From positions 992,001-1,056,000 of the forward strand of contig NW_027117342.1 of the NCBI RefSeq assembly GCF_038025025.1: a DNA stretch of 64,000 nt, in the 5' to 3' direction. The notes beneath the pieces were generated by a model, which searched no databases, was not told the origin of the DNA, and saw only the letters and a list, made by a program, of their open reading frames with translations. Shown here one piece after another: positions 24,924 to 37,441 of this stretch. Origin of the DNA: Phyllosticta citribraziliensis. Its lineage: Eukaryota. Within the stretch, counting starts at the first letter, position 1; every line of letters begins with the position of its first letter. A program made the translations under genes and the position numbers.

Positions 24924-26310
24924 GGTGGGCGGAAAGCGCGACCGGACAGACGCGTCGCAATGGTGAAAAACGCGGGGATGGAGGTCGGGCGCGAAAATGT
25001 GTCCTTAGACGCGCGGGAAAGGAGGTTTGGGTGGGCGGAAAGGATGGCAGCAAGCTTGAGCTTATCCGACAAAGCACAAGGTGAAGTGCAAGGGTGGGGC
25101 GGGCGATGGGGTGCGCTCGAGCGTGCTGAAGACGGTGGTGGTGAGAAAGGATGAAGACGAAGCACAGCTCGGCGATGGATGGATGGTGCTTTGGCGGCGG
25201 GCAGCTCGGCGTCGGGGGTGGCCGGGGGGCGGCCGGGGGTCCCATCCGGCTTGTGGCGGTGCACGGACCCGTCAGATAATCCGGCCACAGCACACCGGAG
25301 CCAGGCGAGCCGATTCCGGCCTCGTAGCAAACGTTGCCGTCTTGTTGTCTCTTCACAGCAAAGCCCACGAACATTTCTCAAGCAATATGGGGCACCCGGG
25401 GGCTTGCTGGCAAGAAGCAGTCGGACCGTTGGACGGGCGTTTGTGGCGGTGGATCGACGTAGGGCTGAAAAAGGGTCCACGGGGTCCTCCCGTCGGCGTG
25501 GTTTGACATGGTGCTCCCTCGTCGCGTTCCTGCGCCTGCGTTGCGTGCTTCTGCTGCTCCCTGCCTCTTCTTCTGCTTCTAGACCATCTCTGTGCTCTTT
25601 TCTACACTTTGGAGAATTCAATTCGAGCCATCCATGCCCGTTTTGCTTTACACTTTGCAAACAGCCCAAAGTCATCCTGTCTAGACAGTGAGTGAGCCAT
25701 GGACCCCCGAGACGAGACACGACAGCAGCAAACAACAAGCCAACGACAGTCTGCCGTCTGCACGTTCCCCGCCCGACCCCACTTGTCTGGTCCCTGTCGA
25801 TCCTGGCGGAGGTGACATGCTTCTGCTCCAGTCTTGGCTTGTCTGTTTGTGCCCCGCTCTTGGTTTCTCGGCCTGTCCACCCAAGTGCTGATTCTGATTT
25901 TATAACATGCTCTTTCGGTGCTGCTTGTGAGGCAGATCATGCCAAAGTTTGAGGGACTTTTCTCAAATCTTTCATGCAACAAGAACATGAGCCGCTTAAA
26001 CCTTGCCTCGATGCAATCCTTCTCCTGTACGGGTCCCTTGAGAAGAAGTGAGCCCGCTTCTTTTGCACACTCCTTGTCGCCAAAGAATCAGCGCTTTTTT
26101 TTTTTCATTTTTTTTTTTTTTTCCGACAGCAACATACTGTTCGGCACTTAGCACAGTCAGAAAGCAACCCGAAAATTTCGTGGCATGTAATAAATTTGCC
26201 ATTGTGAAGAGGTAGATGGCACATTTTTGCTCCTCTAAAAATGACTGAGAGGCTTTCATCCGCTCAGCCCACAAAAAATAGAAATGCATGTCCCGACTTT
26301 TTGATCCGAG

Positions 26311-27834
26311 CTACGCCAGCAACTTACTTGCTATCCATGCATTGGCGAGAACCAGTGAAAAGACAAGCGCCACGACCGCCCCAATGCCAAACGGCGTAGC
26401 CACAACGGGCCTCGGCACGCTTTCAATGTCTCGGATCTCCTTGTCGAACCGCTCTGCCATCTTCGTTCTCGAAAACTCACTCTTCACGCGCTCCCGGCCT
26501 GCTGTTCCCATCTGGACAAGCTTATCGTGGCCGATGCCTCCGGGCAAGACTTTGCGCATGACGTCAGTCCACTCTTCGACGGCAGCCACATTTCTCAACC
26601 ACCCAGTAACGTCCTCCTGAATAGTCTCCGTCGGCCCGCCTTCATTGGCCGCCAGCACAGGAGTGCCCGCTAGCATTGCCTCGAGCGGAACGATGCCAAA
26701 GTGCTCATGGCGCGGTGTGTACACCAATAGACTAGCGGACGCAAGAAGCGTCATCTTGAGCATTTCAGGGATGGAAAGCAGGAACAGAACGTCAATGTCG
26801 TCCGGGATTGAGAGCGCGGTGATAACAGTCTTGACCGTGGCGATCTTGAGCTTGAACGATTCGGCGAGTTGGCAAAGCTCGTTGTAGCATGCGATATTCT
26901 CTTGGACCCGCGAATCGTAGCCACCTGGAAAACAATCAGCGACACGTAAGATCTATTTTGTCCAAGGTCCCTACCTGCAATGACGAGCCGAGTGTTTTCC
27001 CGCTCCCTGGAGCTCAGCCCAGCATAGGCACGAATGGCCAGGCCCACGTCCTTTTTCCTTTCGAAGCGGTTGATGCTCAGAAAAGTGGTCTTGTCCTCCC
27101 ACATGTGAGCATGTCGCTGCGCCGTGTCCCATGCCGTAGATTCGCCATCCTCATTTGTGTCCACGCAAGGATAGACTACCGCTGGTTTCCTATCGCTCAG
27201 GCCTGTGAATGCCTGAGCAAAAACGCTCCGTGTGAAGCCACTGTTGACCACAATGACATCGCTGCATCCAGTGCTCCAGCTTTCTACCCAGTCGAACGGT
27301 ATTCTGTACAAGGCCTTGATCAATCCCTCCTTCTTGGCCAGCAGCTTGTCCGGGAAGTGGCAGTAGAACAGGATTCTTGTTTCCCCAGCGACTATTCGCA
27401 GCAAAGGAATTCCCGCGCTAAGCTGGTCGATGAAGAATACGTCGGGTTTCAGCTCGCGAAGCTCGGAAAATGCGATGGCAAGTATCAAATGTATTTGCCG
27501 CAGAATGGCGCACAGTATGGAGAAGCGGCCAAGTATCGAGGGCGGGAAGAGAGAGTCGCCGCGGACGCGCACGTCAAGAGTTCCTTTTCATGGCGCGTTT
27601 TCTCAGCTCCCCTTGTCTCCACAATAAGCGCCGTCGTTGGGCTACATCCGATGGGGCGAGCTTACCATCGCGAGCCTCGTCGAAGCAGTGCCTGGGGTCG
27701 CAGTGCGATGTGAAGATGGTGACCTTGTGGCCGAGATTCTGAAGGCCGACGGCGGCGTCGACGACCAGACGCTCGGCACCACCAATGCCCAGGTCCGGGT
27801 GGAAGAAGACAATCTTCTTGGGCTTGAAAGCCAT
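26311..27834 (-). CDS. ALG2: Alpha-1,3/1,6-mannosyltransferase, 3 exons
   Basis: [68 protein letters not shown]-terminal TM segment. Confidence 0.96.
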
Positions 27835-28177
27835 GGATGGTTCGGTCGGAGTCGTGAGACGCTTGACTCTGAAGGAAGGCGACCTTGTTGAGGGCGGACG
27901 CGTTCAAGACGTGGCCACTGCCCTGCCCTGGCCGCTACTGCTGATTGGGCAAGTTTCCCGACCCTAGTGCTCGCGCGACCCCAGCTGCCATGCGCACCCT
28001 CAACACCATCACACATCGCCCGGACTCGTCGCAAACAATCACAGAGCTGCGTCTTTTTGCGACGGAGCCTGCCCTGCGAGGCCGCAACGCTGCGCCGCTT
28101 CTGCTGACTCGCGTGCGCAACATGCGAACAGCCCAACACCACAAACGCCGTCAACATCACCGGATGCCTGACCAAAC

Positions 28178-31100
28178 ATGGGTCAAGGCTACTCTCTCAC
28201 TACCCTGTCCGCGGGGGCTGCAGGAATCGACGTGCCAGAACTCGCCGACTTGACCTATGAAAAGAGCTTGGGAAATGCCCGTTTTATGAAAACGATTAGA
28301 GCGCGGCATAAAGATGGACTGGTCGTGGCCAAGGTCGTGATGAAGCCTTACGCTAGCATGAAGCTCGATCAATATGTCAAGGCCTTGTTAAGTGAGATTC
28401 AAAATGCGTGGATCTTTTCATCCGTCGTTGCTGATGACCATCAGATGAGAGGAGGGTATTGTCAGAAGTGCCAAACGCACTCGCGTATCACCGCATTCTC
28501 GAGACGAGTACCAATGGATTTCTCGTTCGCCAGTTCATCCACAGTTCTCTTTATGACCGTATCAGGTATGAACAAAGCCACAGATCTTGCGCTAGATCTA
28601 ACTAGTGCAGCACGCGCCCTTTTCTGGAAGATGTTGAGAAAAAGTGGCTATCCTTCCAGCTGCTTTGTGCAGTACGGGATTGCCACGCCAGAAACATCTA
28701 TCACGGCGACATCAAGACTGAAAACCTTTTGGTGACGTCATGGAACTGGTTATACCTTTCGGACTTCTCATCATCCTTCAAGCCTACCTATTTACCGGAG
28801 GACAATCCCGCCGACTTTTCATTCTACTTTGACACTTCTGGTCGCAGAACATGCTACTTGGCTCCGGAGCGATTTCTTAGCCCGGGCACGCAGCCTGATG
28901 GTTCCAGAAAAGTCGACTGGGCCATGGACATGTTCAGCGTTGGCTGTGTCATCGCCGAGCTATTCCTTGAAACCCCCATTTTCTCGCTTAGCCAGCTTTT
29001 CAAGTATCGCCAGGGAGAATACGATCCGTATCACACTCATCTGATCAAGATTGAAGATGTGGATATTAGGGAAATGGTCTCTCACATGATCAAACTCGAC
29101 CCCAACACTCGGTACTCCGCTGACGAGTGCTTGAGCTTTTGGCGAAAACGAGCATTCCCCGATTACTTCTTCAGCTTCTTGCATCAGTACATGTACTCAA
29201 TCACCGACCCCTCTTCTGGCCGTGGCCCCATTACCGCTGGTGGGGAAAACCTGGGCGAAGCAGACGACAGAATCGACAAAGTCTACAGCGACTTTGACAA
29301 AATCTCTTACTTTCTGGGATACGGCGAAGAGAAAAAAGAGGAAAGGCCACCTGGAAGCAGATATACCCTACGCAGCGACATTTTCCCGCTGCATTTGGAC
29401 ATTCCCAACTACAGGCACCAAGCATCAAATCGAGTTCACACGACCACGGACGATGGAACCCTCATTTTCCTGACGCTGGTTGTTGCGTCTGTCCGTAGTA
29501 CAGCGCGCGCTACTGCGAGGATTAGGGCATGCGAACTGCTCTTGGCCTTTGCTGAGCGGGTCACTGACGAGGCCAAGTTGGACCGCATACTTCCATACCT
29601 GACAGTCTTGCTAAATGACAAGACTGACCTTGTCAGGATTGCCGCACTTCGCACAATCACTCAAGTTGTAAGTACATGTATTCCCCGGGTTGAACTTCCC
29701 TAATTGTTGGCAGCTGGACCTCGTGTCTGTAGTCTCTCCCATCAACGCCTACGTCTTTCCCGAGTACATTCTCCCAAGACTTGAACCTTTTCTTCCCGGC
29801 CACAAGTCGACACCCAGTCCTTTATTACGAGCCACTTATGCTTCTTGCCTGGCCACCCTGGCCACAACCGCATCCAGATTTTTAGACATGATGCAAGCGC
29901 TTCGAGCGGATGGGTCATTGCCCACAAACGATCCAGAAGCCGAGGAAGATAGCATGAGTCGCTCTGCTTACCAAACGCTGTACGACATCTCCCGCGATGA
30001 CTTGGTGTCCAAATTCGAGGCGCAGACCAAAGCTCTTCTAACGGACAACGACCCGTCCGTCCGAAGAGCCTTTCTGGGGTCCGTTTCGAGCCTGTGTGTC
30101 TTCTTCGGAAGTGCCAAGGCCAACGACGTCATCCTCAGTCATCTCAACACCTACTTGAATGATAGAGATTGGATGCTGAAATGCGCGTTCTTCGAAACGA
30201 TCGTGGGCGTTGCAACATACGTTGGCGGTGCGAGTCTGGAGGAATTCATCCTGCCACTGATGGTTCAAGCGCTTACCGACCCCGAGGAGTTTGTCGTTGA
30301 AAAGGTGTTGAGATCACTTTCATCAATGGCACAGCTCGGCCTTTTCCAGCGCGCAAGAACATGGGAGCTGGTCGAGATGGTCGGCCGCTTGACAATGCAC
30401 CCAAACATCTGGATTCGAGAATCCTCAGCCCAATTCATCTCCTCGGCCATAAGATATCTTTCGGTCGCCGATATCCACAGCATCATCGTTCCTCTAATCA
30501 AACCATATCTCAAAGTCCAGCCATCAGAGCTGACGGAGTTGAAGCTTCTTGATTCGCTCAAGAAACCCCTGTCTCGACTTGTCACAGACATGGCACAGAC
30601 CTGGGCTGTCAATGCTGAAAAGGGCACCTTTTGGAAATCTGCTCAACAGCAGCGCACGTTTGCTTTTGGGCTTTCCGACGACGTCATACCCGTTGCACCT
30701 ACCAGAGAGCTAGGGCCCAAGGCGCTGAGCAGGATAGCCAAGAATGAGGAAGACGAACAGTGGCTCAGGAGATTGAGAAATGCGGGAATGCATGCAGACG
30801 ACGAGATGAAACTCGTTGCCCTTCGCGAGTACATTTGGCGAGTGGCACACCGCAGGAAACAAGACAATTCGGATGGAACCGGGTCCAGATTCAACGCCAT
30901 CTTGCCTCTCAAGGACCTTGGAATCACCCCTCAAACCATCTTCTTTGACCACAAGCAAGCCGTGTTCGAAGACGCTTTCCACGATCAGATGGACGTGGAT
31001 GGCGACAAGCCTCACACCATCGCTGATGCATTGCGTGAAGCCTCCATGTCGGGCGACGACGCACTGTCCCGAAGACGGATGTCACACATCAATAGCCATC

Positions 31101-33187
31101 TAGAAAGGCGAGGCTCTGCAAGGCCAGAGGTACAGCACACGGATCCTTCCTCGCCTACTTCTCGAGCCGAAAGTCCAACAGGTGGATCTACGCCTCAGAA
31201 GGATGGCATTGAAATACCCAAAACACGCGCCAAGGACCAGGACACCCTCCTCTCACCTGCATCTGTTGATTCACGGACAGGCTCCAACCTGGGTGTGCAC
31301 GAACACGCTGTCAGACACAAGTCCAGTGCAATGAGTCTATTGAATCGCATGGATGGCGGAAACAAGGCCATGGCAGAAATCAGCACCACCTCGACGACCG
31401 CTGTTGGCAGGCTCGACAGCGTCAAAAAGCGAGAAGAGATCCCCCTACGAACAAAATCGCCGCTTGCACTGGCACAAGAGCAGCATCGCCAGGATCCAGG
31501 CAGGATCAAGTTCCAGGCTGCGCATTCTTACACGGGCAACGACCCTACTATTCTTAAACTTCTTGATTCGGTCTACCTCGAGAACTTTCCTGTCGAAAAT
31601 GTCGAGTTTGGCCCTCGCATCACACCAGTGAGCCGGAAACAGCCAATAAAGCGTGGCAGCGGACAGTCGTCGTCTGCAACATGGCGTCCAGAAGGGACTC
31701 TGGTGGCCATGATGGGCGAGCACACTGGTGCAGTCACCAGAGTTCTGGTCTCTCCGGATCATGCCTTCTTCATCACAGGCTCCGATGATGGTACGGTCAA
31801 GGTCTGGGACTCGTTCCGACTAGAGCGAAATATTACGCATCGCTCGCGAGCCACACACAAGCAAGGAGACAGTGTCAAGATTACCAGCCTCTGTTTTGTC
31901 GAGAACACACATTGCTTCATCAGCACCGGTTCCGACGGCAGCATCCAGGTTGTCAAAGTCGACTATAGCGAAATCCAGTCTGGCACCACCATCTCCACGC
32001 GCTATGGCAAACTCAAATTCCTGCGCTCTCACAAGCTCCCTCAAGACACCTATGCTACTTGTTCTTTCCACTACAAGTCCGACAATGCGTCGGTTCTGCT
32101 GGTCGCCACCAACACATCACAAGTCATGGCTCTCGACCTCCGCACCATGCAAACGCTCTATACGCTCTCGAACCCCCTCCACCACGGCGCACCGACCTGC
32201 TTCGTCACAGACCGCAAGCACCACTGGCTGCTGCTCGGGACAACGCACGGCGTACTCTCGCTCTGGGACCTACGCTTCAAAATGCGCCTGCGAGCATGGG
32301 CGTTCCCGGCCGGCGCCCCTATCCATCGCATCTCGATGCGCACGGCCAAGATGAGCCACAAGCCGCGCTTCATCATCGCAGGTGGGACTGGCGGCGCCGA
32401 CGTGTCCTTCTGGGACCTGGAGAAAGTCGTCTGCACCGCGGCCTTCCGCACATCAGTCCACAAGGAGACGTCGGCCAACCGGCACTACACGCTGGTGGAC
32501 CTGGACGAGGAGCGCGGCGCAGGCGGCGGCGCCGCAGCCGGCGGCGGCATGCTGCTGCTCGGCCGCTTCGCGTCGGCGCTGACTCCCGAGACGGCGGCCG
32601 TCGTGGGCACCAACCCGTCGCCAGCAGCCGCAACGGGCGGCATCGGCGGCGGCGGCGCGACGGATCGCAGCGTGCGCGCCACGGCGCTGGGGTCCGACGA
32701 TGGCAACGATTTCGTCGTGACTGCCGGCCCCGATTGGAAGGTCCGCTACTGGGACGTTGGGCGCCCGGAGAACTCGACCGTCGTGTCGGGGCTCGAGATG
32801 GAGGAGAGTCGGCCAACGTACGCGTCGCTGCCGCCGTCTGCACCCAACCCGGAGACGGCTGTCGTTCAGGAGCGCATCTTGCGGCCGCAGGGCGGCGTCG
32901 ATAACGGCGATGTCGTCGTGGGTGGCAGCAGCAACAATAACAACAGCGGGAAAGGCAAGGCTGGAAAGACTGCCAGCCCAGCCGGCACGCCGCCGCCGCC
33001 GTCTTCGTCGTCGAAGAAGAATCAGAGCGCGGCGAACGCGGCGGCGCGGGAGAATCTGCGTGGGTTGCAGCAGCAGCAGCTGTTGAAGGGGCACTTGGAT
33101 AACATTATGGATGTGGCGGTGCTGGAGCAGCCGTATGGCATGGTGGTCAGCGTGGATAGGGCAGGTTGCGTTTTTGTTTTTCAGTAG
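28178..33187 (+). CDS. VPS15: PI3K regulatory Ser/Thr kinase Vps15 (kinase, HEAT and WD40 regions), 4 exons
   Basis: MGQGYS myristoylation start, KSLGNARFMKTIRARH, HGDIKTEN, SDFSSSFKPTYLPEDNPADFSFYFDTSGRRTCYLAPERF, HEAT repeats, C-terminal WD40s; three GT-AG introns restore the frame. Confidence 0.97.
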
Positions 33188-35308
33188 AGTGGGTGGGCGT
33201 AGTTGAGGTGGTTTCTCTCTCGTTCTTTTCCTCGGGCTGCATCTGCAACTGAGGAGGGGGAGGAGGTAGAATGGGTTGGGTGCTTGGGTGAGAATGGCAA
33301 TGGCAATGACAATGGCAGTGGCGGCGCAGTAGTTGAATGCAGACTGATGAATATTCTCTTCCAAACCTGACTTGGCCCCTGTATCTATTTCCCTACTCAC
33401 TCTTCTGTCTAGTAGCGGTCGGTAAACGAACGCTCCTTCGCCAAAAAAGACAAAAAGAGCAAAAAGAAACGCGCATACCCTTCCTCGGTTCTCTTCCCCA
33501 AGAGGGAGTCGAACGCAAGACCGGGGCTGTACTGTGTACGGCACGATGACCCTAGCTCACACACCCCGGGGTTCTAGTCTTAAGGGTGTTGGTGGCAACA
33601 GCGTTGAGACGGTGTCCTGTTCCATTGCGCTAACCAGCCGTTGTTGAGGGTGTTGTCGTTGTTGCGGGTTATATAGCTCAGTGGTCGGGCGCGGTGGTGG
33701 TGGTCGCGGATTACTCATTGTAGCGCCTGTGATCGGATGGCCGGCGGCTCTGGGCTTGTTGTCGTTGTCATCGTTGTTGCCGTTGCTGCCCTTCTCTTGA
33801 TCTTGACCTTTTGGTTGTTGTTGTTGTCGTTGTCGCCACCACTTCGCTCGTTCACTGTAGCTCCTCCCATCAGTAAGTATCCAACGTTTGCATACGCTAC
33901 GTGCGTCTGCCAAAATTCCTCAATCGGGCTTCATCACGCACCGTAGGTGCCCGAAAAATGTCACGTCACGTCCAAGTCAAAGCCACCAATAACAGTCAAT
34001 CAAGAGCCAAGCAGTCATGAAAAAGAGCAGAATATCCATTAGAACCTCGGTACCTCGTCGAACGCGCAGTAGTAGTCGTAGTAATCAAATCAAAGAAAGA
34101 GAAAGAGAAAAGCAGCAGTAGCAGTAGCAGTAGTGGACCCCTTCGCCACTCATCCAATGACCGACGCCTGGAAGAAAAGCAGCCGCAAACCAAACGGCGA
34201 GTTTGGGCAGCCGCGATCAAATCCGCCAAACAGTTAGAGTCGGAGAAAAACGGCTGGGGTAGAAGTAGCAAATAAAAGACTCCCGTTGACCCTTGGACGC
34301 TCCATTACAATGTCGAGGTGCCGCAGAAGAGGCGACTGTGAGGAAGCCTGGTAGGGACCTGGACGCTTGTGCAGCCTCGCTCCATACTGGTGTTTTGCGG
34401 CCCTCCAGCTGGTGCTTGGTCGCACGTAATGTGGTCTTTGCTCCAGCCGGTGTGTCGTAAACTCCATCAGGTGCCAGGCAATGCACTCGGGATATGGGTT
34501 AAGGGTAGGGGAGTGTATGTAGACGTCAAAGGCGGTGGGCGTACTAAGCGGTAAGACCGACGAGGCCTGATGCTGTTCGATCCGGTGCCATGACGTGTAA
34601 AAGCATTCGACGAGGTTGAGGTCCGGTTTGAAGAAAAAGGAAATAAAAGACTGGTGTATGCATCAATCAACCAACCATCGACGCCTCTGATCCGTTTCTT
34701 TTGAGAGCCCTTGGAGCATCCTTGCTCGGGCCACGTGTTGGGTATGTAGTCTTTTGTCCGCTTGCCGTATCGCAGAAAAAGAGAAGAGAAGAAAGTCGTC
34801 GCAATCGACCGAACGTAATATCCAGATCGAAGAGGCTTGTTCGCTTTGCGCGTGGTGCCTGTCCTGTAAAACGCCGAACTCAAAGTGCGGGGTTGAGCGG
34901 AAGAAGACTGTAATTGAGGGAAAAAGGGAAGACACCTATCCCAAGTCGGGAGGCCAAAGAGGGTTCAAAGACTTCGATGTCAATCAGGAAGAAACCGCCC
35001 AACCCCGATGATGATGGACCAATGCTGAGAATTTGGATGCCGCCTGTAAAAACGTGCAGGGCCTGCCGTGACAGTGCCCGATGCTTGTGGGAATCACTGA
35101 AGGAGAATTTGGAAAACCCGCATTGCTAAACGCCGCCGCCATGCAAAGAGTTTCTGAGCTTCGTTGAGTATGAGAAAAAAGACCGAGCCTCGAGGTCTAT
35201 AGAAGAGGCCATGTATGTGCAGAGTGTCGTGACTTGAAAACGAAGAGGGGTATCTTGAAGGAGGTCGGCAATGCCAGACCGGGGTGTGCTGCGCGCAATT
35301 GGACGAGG

Positions 35309-36973
35309 TCAAACGCTTATGACTTTGATGCGAGGGTAGTGAGGAGAGTCGCTGTCGCTCTTGGCCGACTTGGTGATGATGGGCAGGGCAGGCGAGTCCT
35401 CTGCGTCGGCTTCAAGCTGCTTTCGCTCGCGGAGAGCAGCCTTTTGAGCCTGCTTGCGCAAGTCCTTTTTGGAGCGAGCAGGCGTGGTCGTCTTCTTTGG
35501 CTGCGGACCGGCCTGCTTTTGAGAAGACTTGGCCATGGGATTGCCTGCGTCCGCATCGCCGGCCTCTTCATCCTCCTTTGGGGGCTTGGGCATCGTGAGC
35601 TTCAGGCGAATGCCTTTTTTGGGGGAAGATGGGACAGGAGCGGTGCTATTGGCGGTGCTGTCAGCGACCTTGTCGGACGTCGGCTTGTCGTCGTCGTCGG
35701 AGTCAGAAACAATGGCGCGCCTTCTTCTTACTTGTTCAGGTGGGTGAGCGTCGTTGTCGGAAAGAATGACACGCCTTCTCCTCGTTGAGTCGGTCGACTG
35801 GGACGGACGAGACTCGCTGCCAGCAGTCGATTCTCGCGAGCTTGGTCGAGATTGGGAGGGCGAGCTGGTGCGGTTCACCCGGCTCTTGGCTGTGAGCTTG
35901 GGGCGGCTGTCGACACTTGATGGGGGCGTGGTCGAAGGCGTGGTGGAACGCGGAGGCTCTGATCGCTCGCTCGGCGGCACGGAGACGTTGTTCCTGCGCT
36001 TGTTCGGGCCGTAGAGGTCCTCGTCGTCACTGTCGTGCTCCCTCTCGATGCTGGAGCTTTCCTGGGCCGAAGATTGCTCGCGTGAGTCCTGCTCGTGCAT
36101 GAACTTTGACACGACAATGTCAATGTCGCAGTTGTTGTGGAGGAGAAGCTTCTTGATCATTGCCCTGTCGACGAGAAAGGTGATGGACTTTTGGACAAGG
36201 TCAATCTGCCAATCCTCGACCTGAGTGTGCGCTGGAAGCATCTGCTTCATGGCAGCCTGAGCCTCGGGGCTGAGACAACGCAGGTGGATGCGGGGAGGGC
36301 CGGAGTGGGGGCCCTCGATGTTGCGAACGGAAGAATAGTGCTCCCAGGACTTGTTGGTGTCAGGACGGCGCGAAGCAAAGTGAAGTGAGGCGGTGGAGCG
36401 AAAACTTACGTGGTAGGCAATGTGCACGACGGCCTTTTTTCCGCCTTGGCCAGCAAAGGGAGCGACTTCGTAGGCGTGTCCCTCGTGCCAAATCTTGACG
36501 ATGCAGTTGTAGGCGCGAGCAAAGGCCTGAATCTCGACGTTGTCGCCCCAAGTGCCGCCCTGGCGCATCATCTTGACGTGCTCGGTGAAGACGCGATCAA
36601 TCTCCTCTTCGGTTGGCTTTTGCTTGTCGTAAGGAGTCGAGTATGCGTTGGTGTTTTTGCGCTTGGGGTTCCTGCGCACGCCGCCACCGGGGTTGACGCT
36701 GACAAACTCCTTGAAGAAGTCGGCGTGCTCGAGGATGTAGTCGCAGACCCTCTCACGGATTTCGCGGTGGCGCTCTTGGTGGCCGAAATATTGGTCGGAG
36801 AGGGCATTGAAGAGACAGTTTCCTGCAGTGGACGCGTTGTTAGCCGGGTTGCAAGGCGAGGTCTCGTGGGTCGGGCGGAGCTTACCGTCGCCGCGGATAT
36901 CTGAGGCGTACAGGCCCATGTCGCTCATGAGAGGGAACTCTGGATCTTCGGTGGCCGACCGGCGGGACCGCAT
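35309..36973 (-). CDS. OTU-domain deubiquitinase with a disordered Ser/Lys-rich tail, 3 exons
   Basis: Spliced IRGDGNCLFNALSDQ, GTWGDNVEIQAFARAY, HIAYHSWEHYSSVR; introns 36823-36885 and 36350-36409. Confidence 0.92.
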   Translation of the reverse strand: MRSRRSATEDPEFPLMSDMGLYASDIRGDGKLRPTHETSPCNPANNASTAGNCLFNALSDQYFGHQERHREIRERVCDYILEHADFFKEFVSVNPGGGVRRNPKRKNTNAYSTPYDKQKPTEEEIDRVFTEHVKMMRQGGTWGDNVEIQAFARAYNCIVKIWHEGHAYEVAPFAGQGGKKAVVHIAYHVSFRSTASLHFASRRPDTNKSWEHYSSVRNIEGPHSGPPRIHLRCLSPEAQAAMKQMLPAHTQVEDWQIDLVQKSITFLVDRAMIKKLLLHNNCDIDIVVSKFMHEQDSREQSSAQESSSIEREHDSDDEDLYGPNKRRNNVSVPPSERSEPPRSTTPSTTPPSSVDSRPKLTAKSRVNRTSSPSQSRPSSRESTAGSESRPSQSTDSTRRRRVILSDNDAHPPEQVRRRRAIVSDSDDDDKPTSDKVADSTANSTAPVPSSPKKGIRLKLTMPKPPKEDEEAGDADAGNPMAKSSQKQAGPQPKKTTTPARSKKDLRKQAQKAALRERKQLEADAEDSPALPIITKSAKSDSDSPHYPRIKVISV

Positions 36974-37441
36974 GTTGAAATTGGATTTGAGAGAGGGAGG
37001 GGAGAGGGTTTAGGCGAAGATGAGCATGCGAGAGGATTACAAAAAGAAGAGAGGTTGTGGGTGGAGAGGGACGAGCAGTCGCGGGGGAGCTCGTGGGGCG
37101 GGTAGCGTGTGGTTCGCTTGCACTGCTCTGGGGTGGTTCTACTCCCTTTGAGCAGTGACGATGTGGGAGGTGTGAACACGGCGCGGCGACAGGGGTCCGA
37201 GCTTGGCGCGTTTGGTAGAGGTTGACGCTGACGCTGGGCTGACCGCCTTCCCTTCGATCTCTCACTTTCACTTTCACTTGCGAATAATGTGAATTGAAAC
37301 CCGCGATAGGCTGACCCTCCCGAGCGCCGGGGTTGCCTGCGGTGGCCTTTTATATGCTCGCGCCGCCATGTCGTCCGCTGGCTCTGGTCCATCACGCCCT
37401 CTTCTCGCTCCCTCTACCGTGATCCCAGGAACTACTCGACC

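Noticed and set aside
33557..33946. Gln/Asn-rich or hydrophobic short ORFs downstream of VPS15
   Set aside because: They arise from TTG/GTT simple repeats and have no recognisable domain.
35005..35103. Box C/D-like pattern (ATGATGA...CTGA...CTGA) with GTGGGAATC complementary to large-subunit rRNA GAUUCCCAC
   Set aside because: Only 9 nt of complementarity, a poor terminal stem, and antisense to the likely OTU 3'UTR; consistent with chance unless snoscan or small-RNA data support it.
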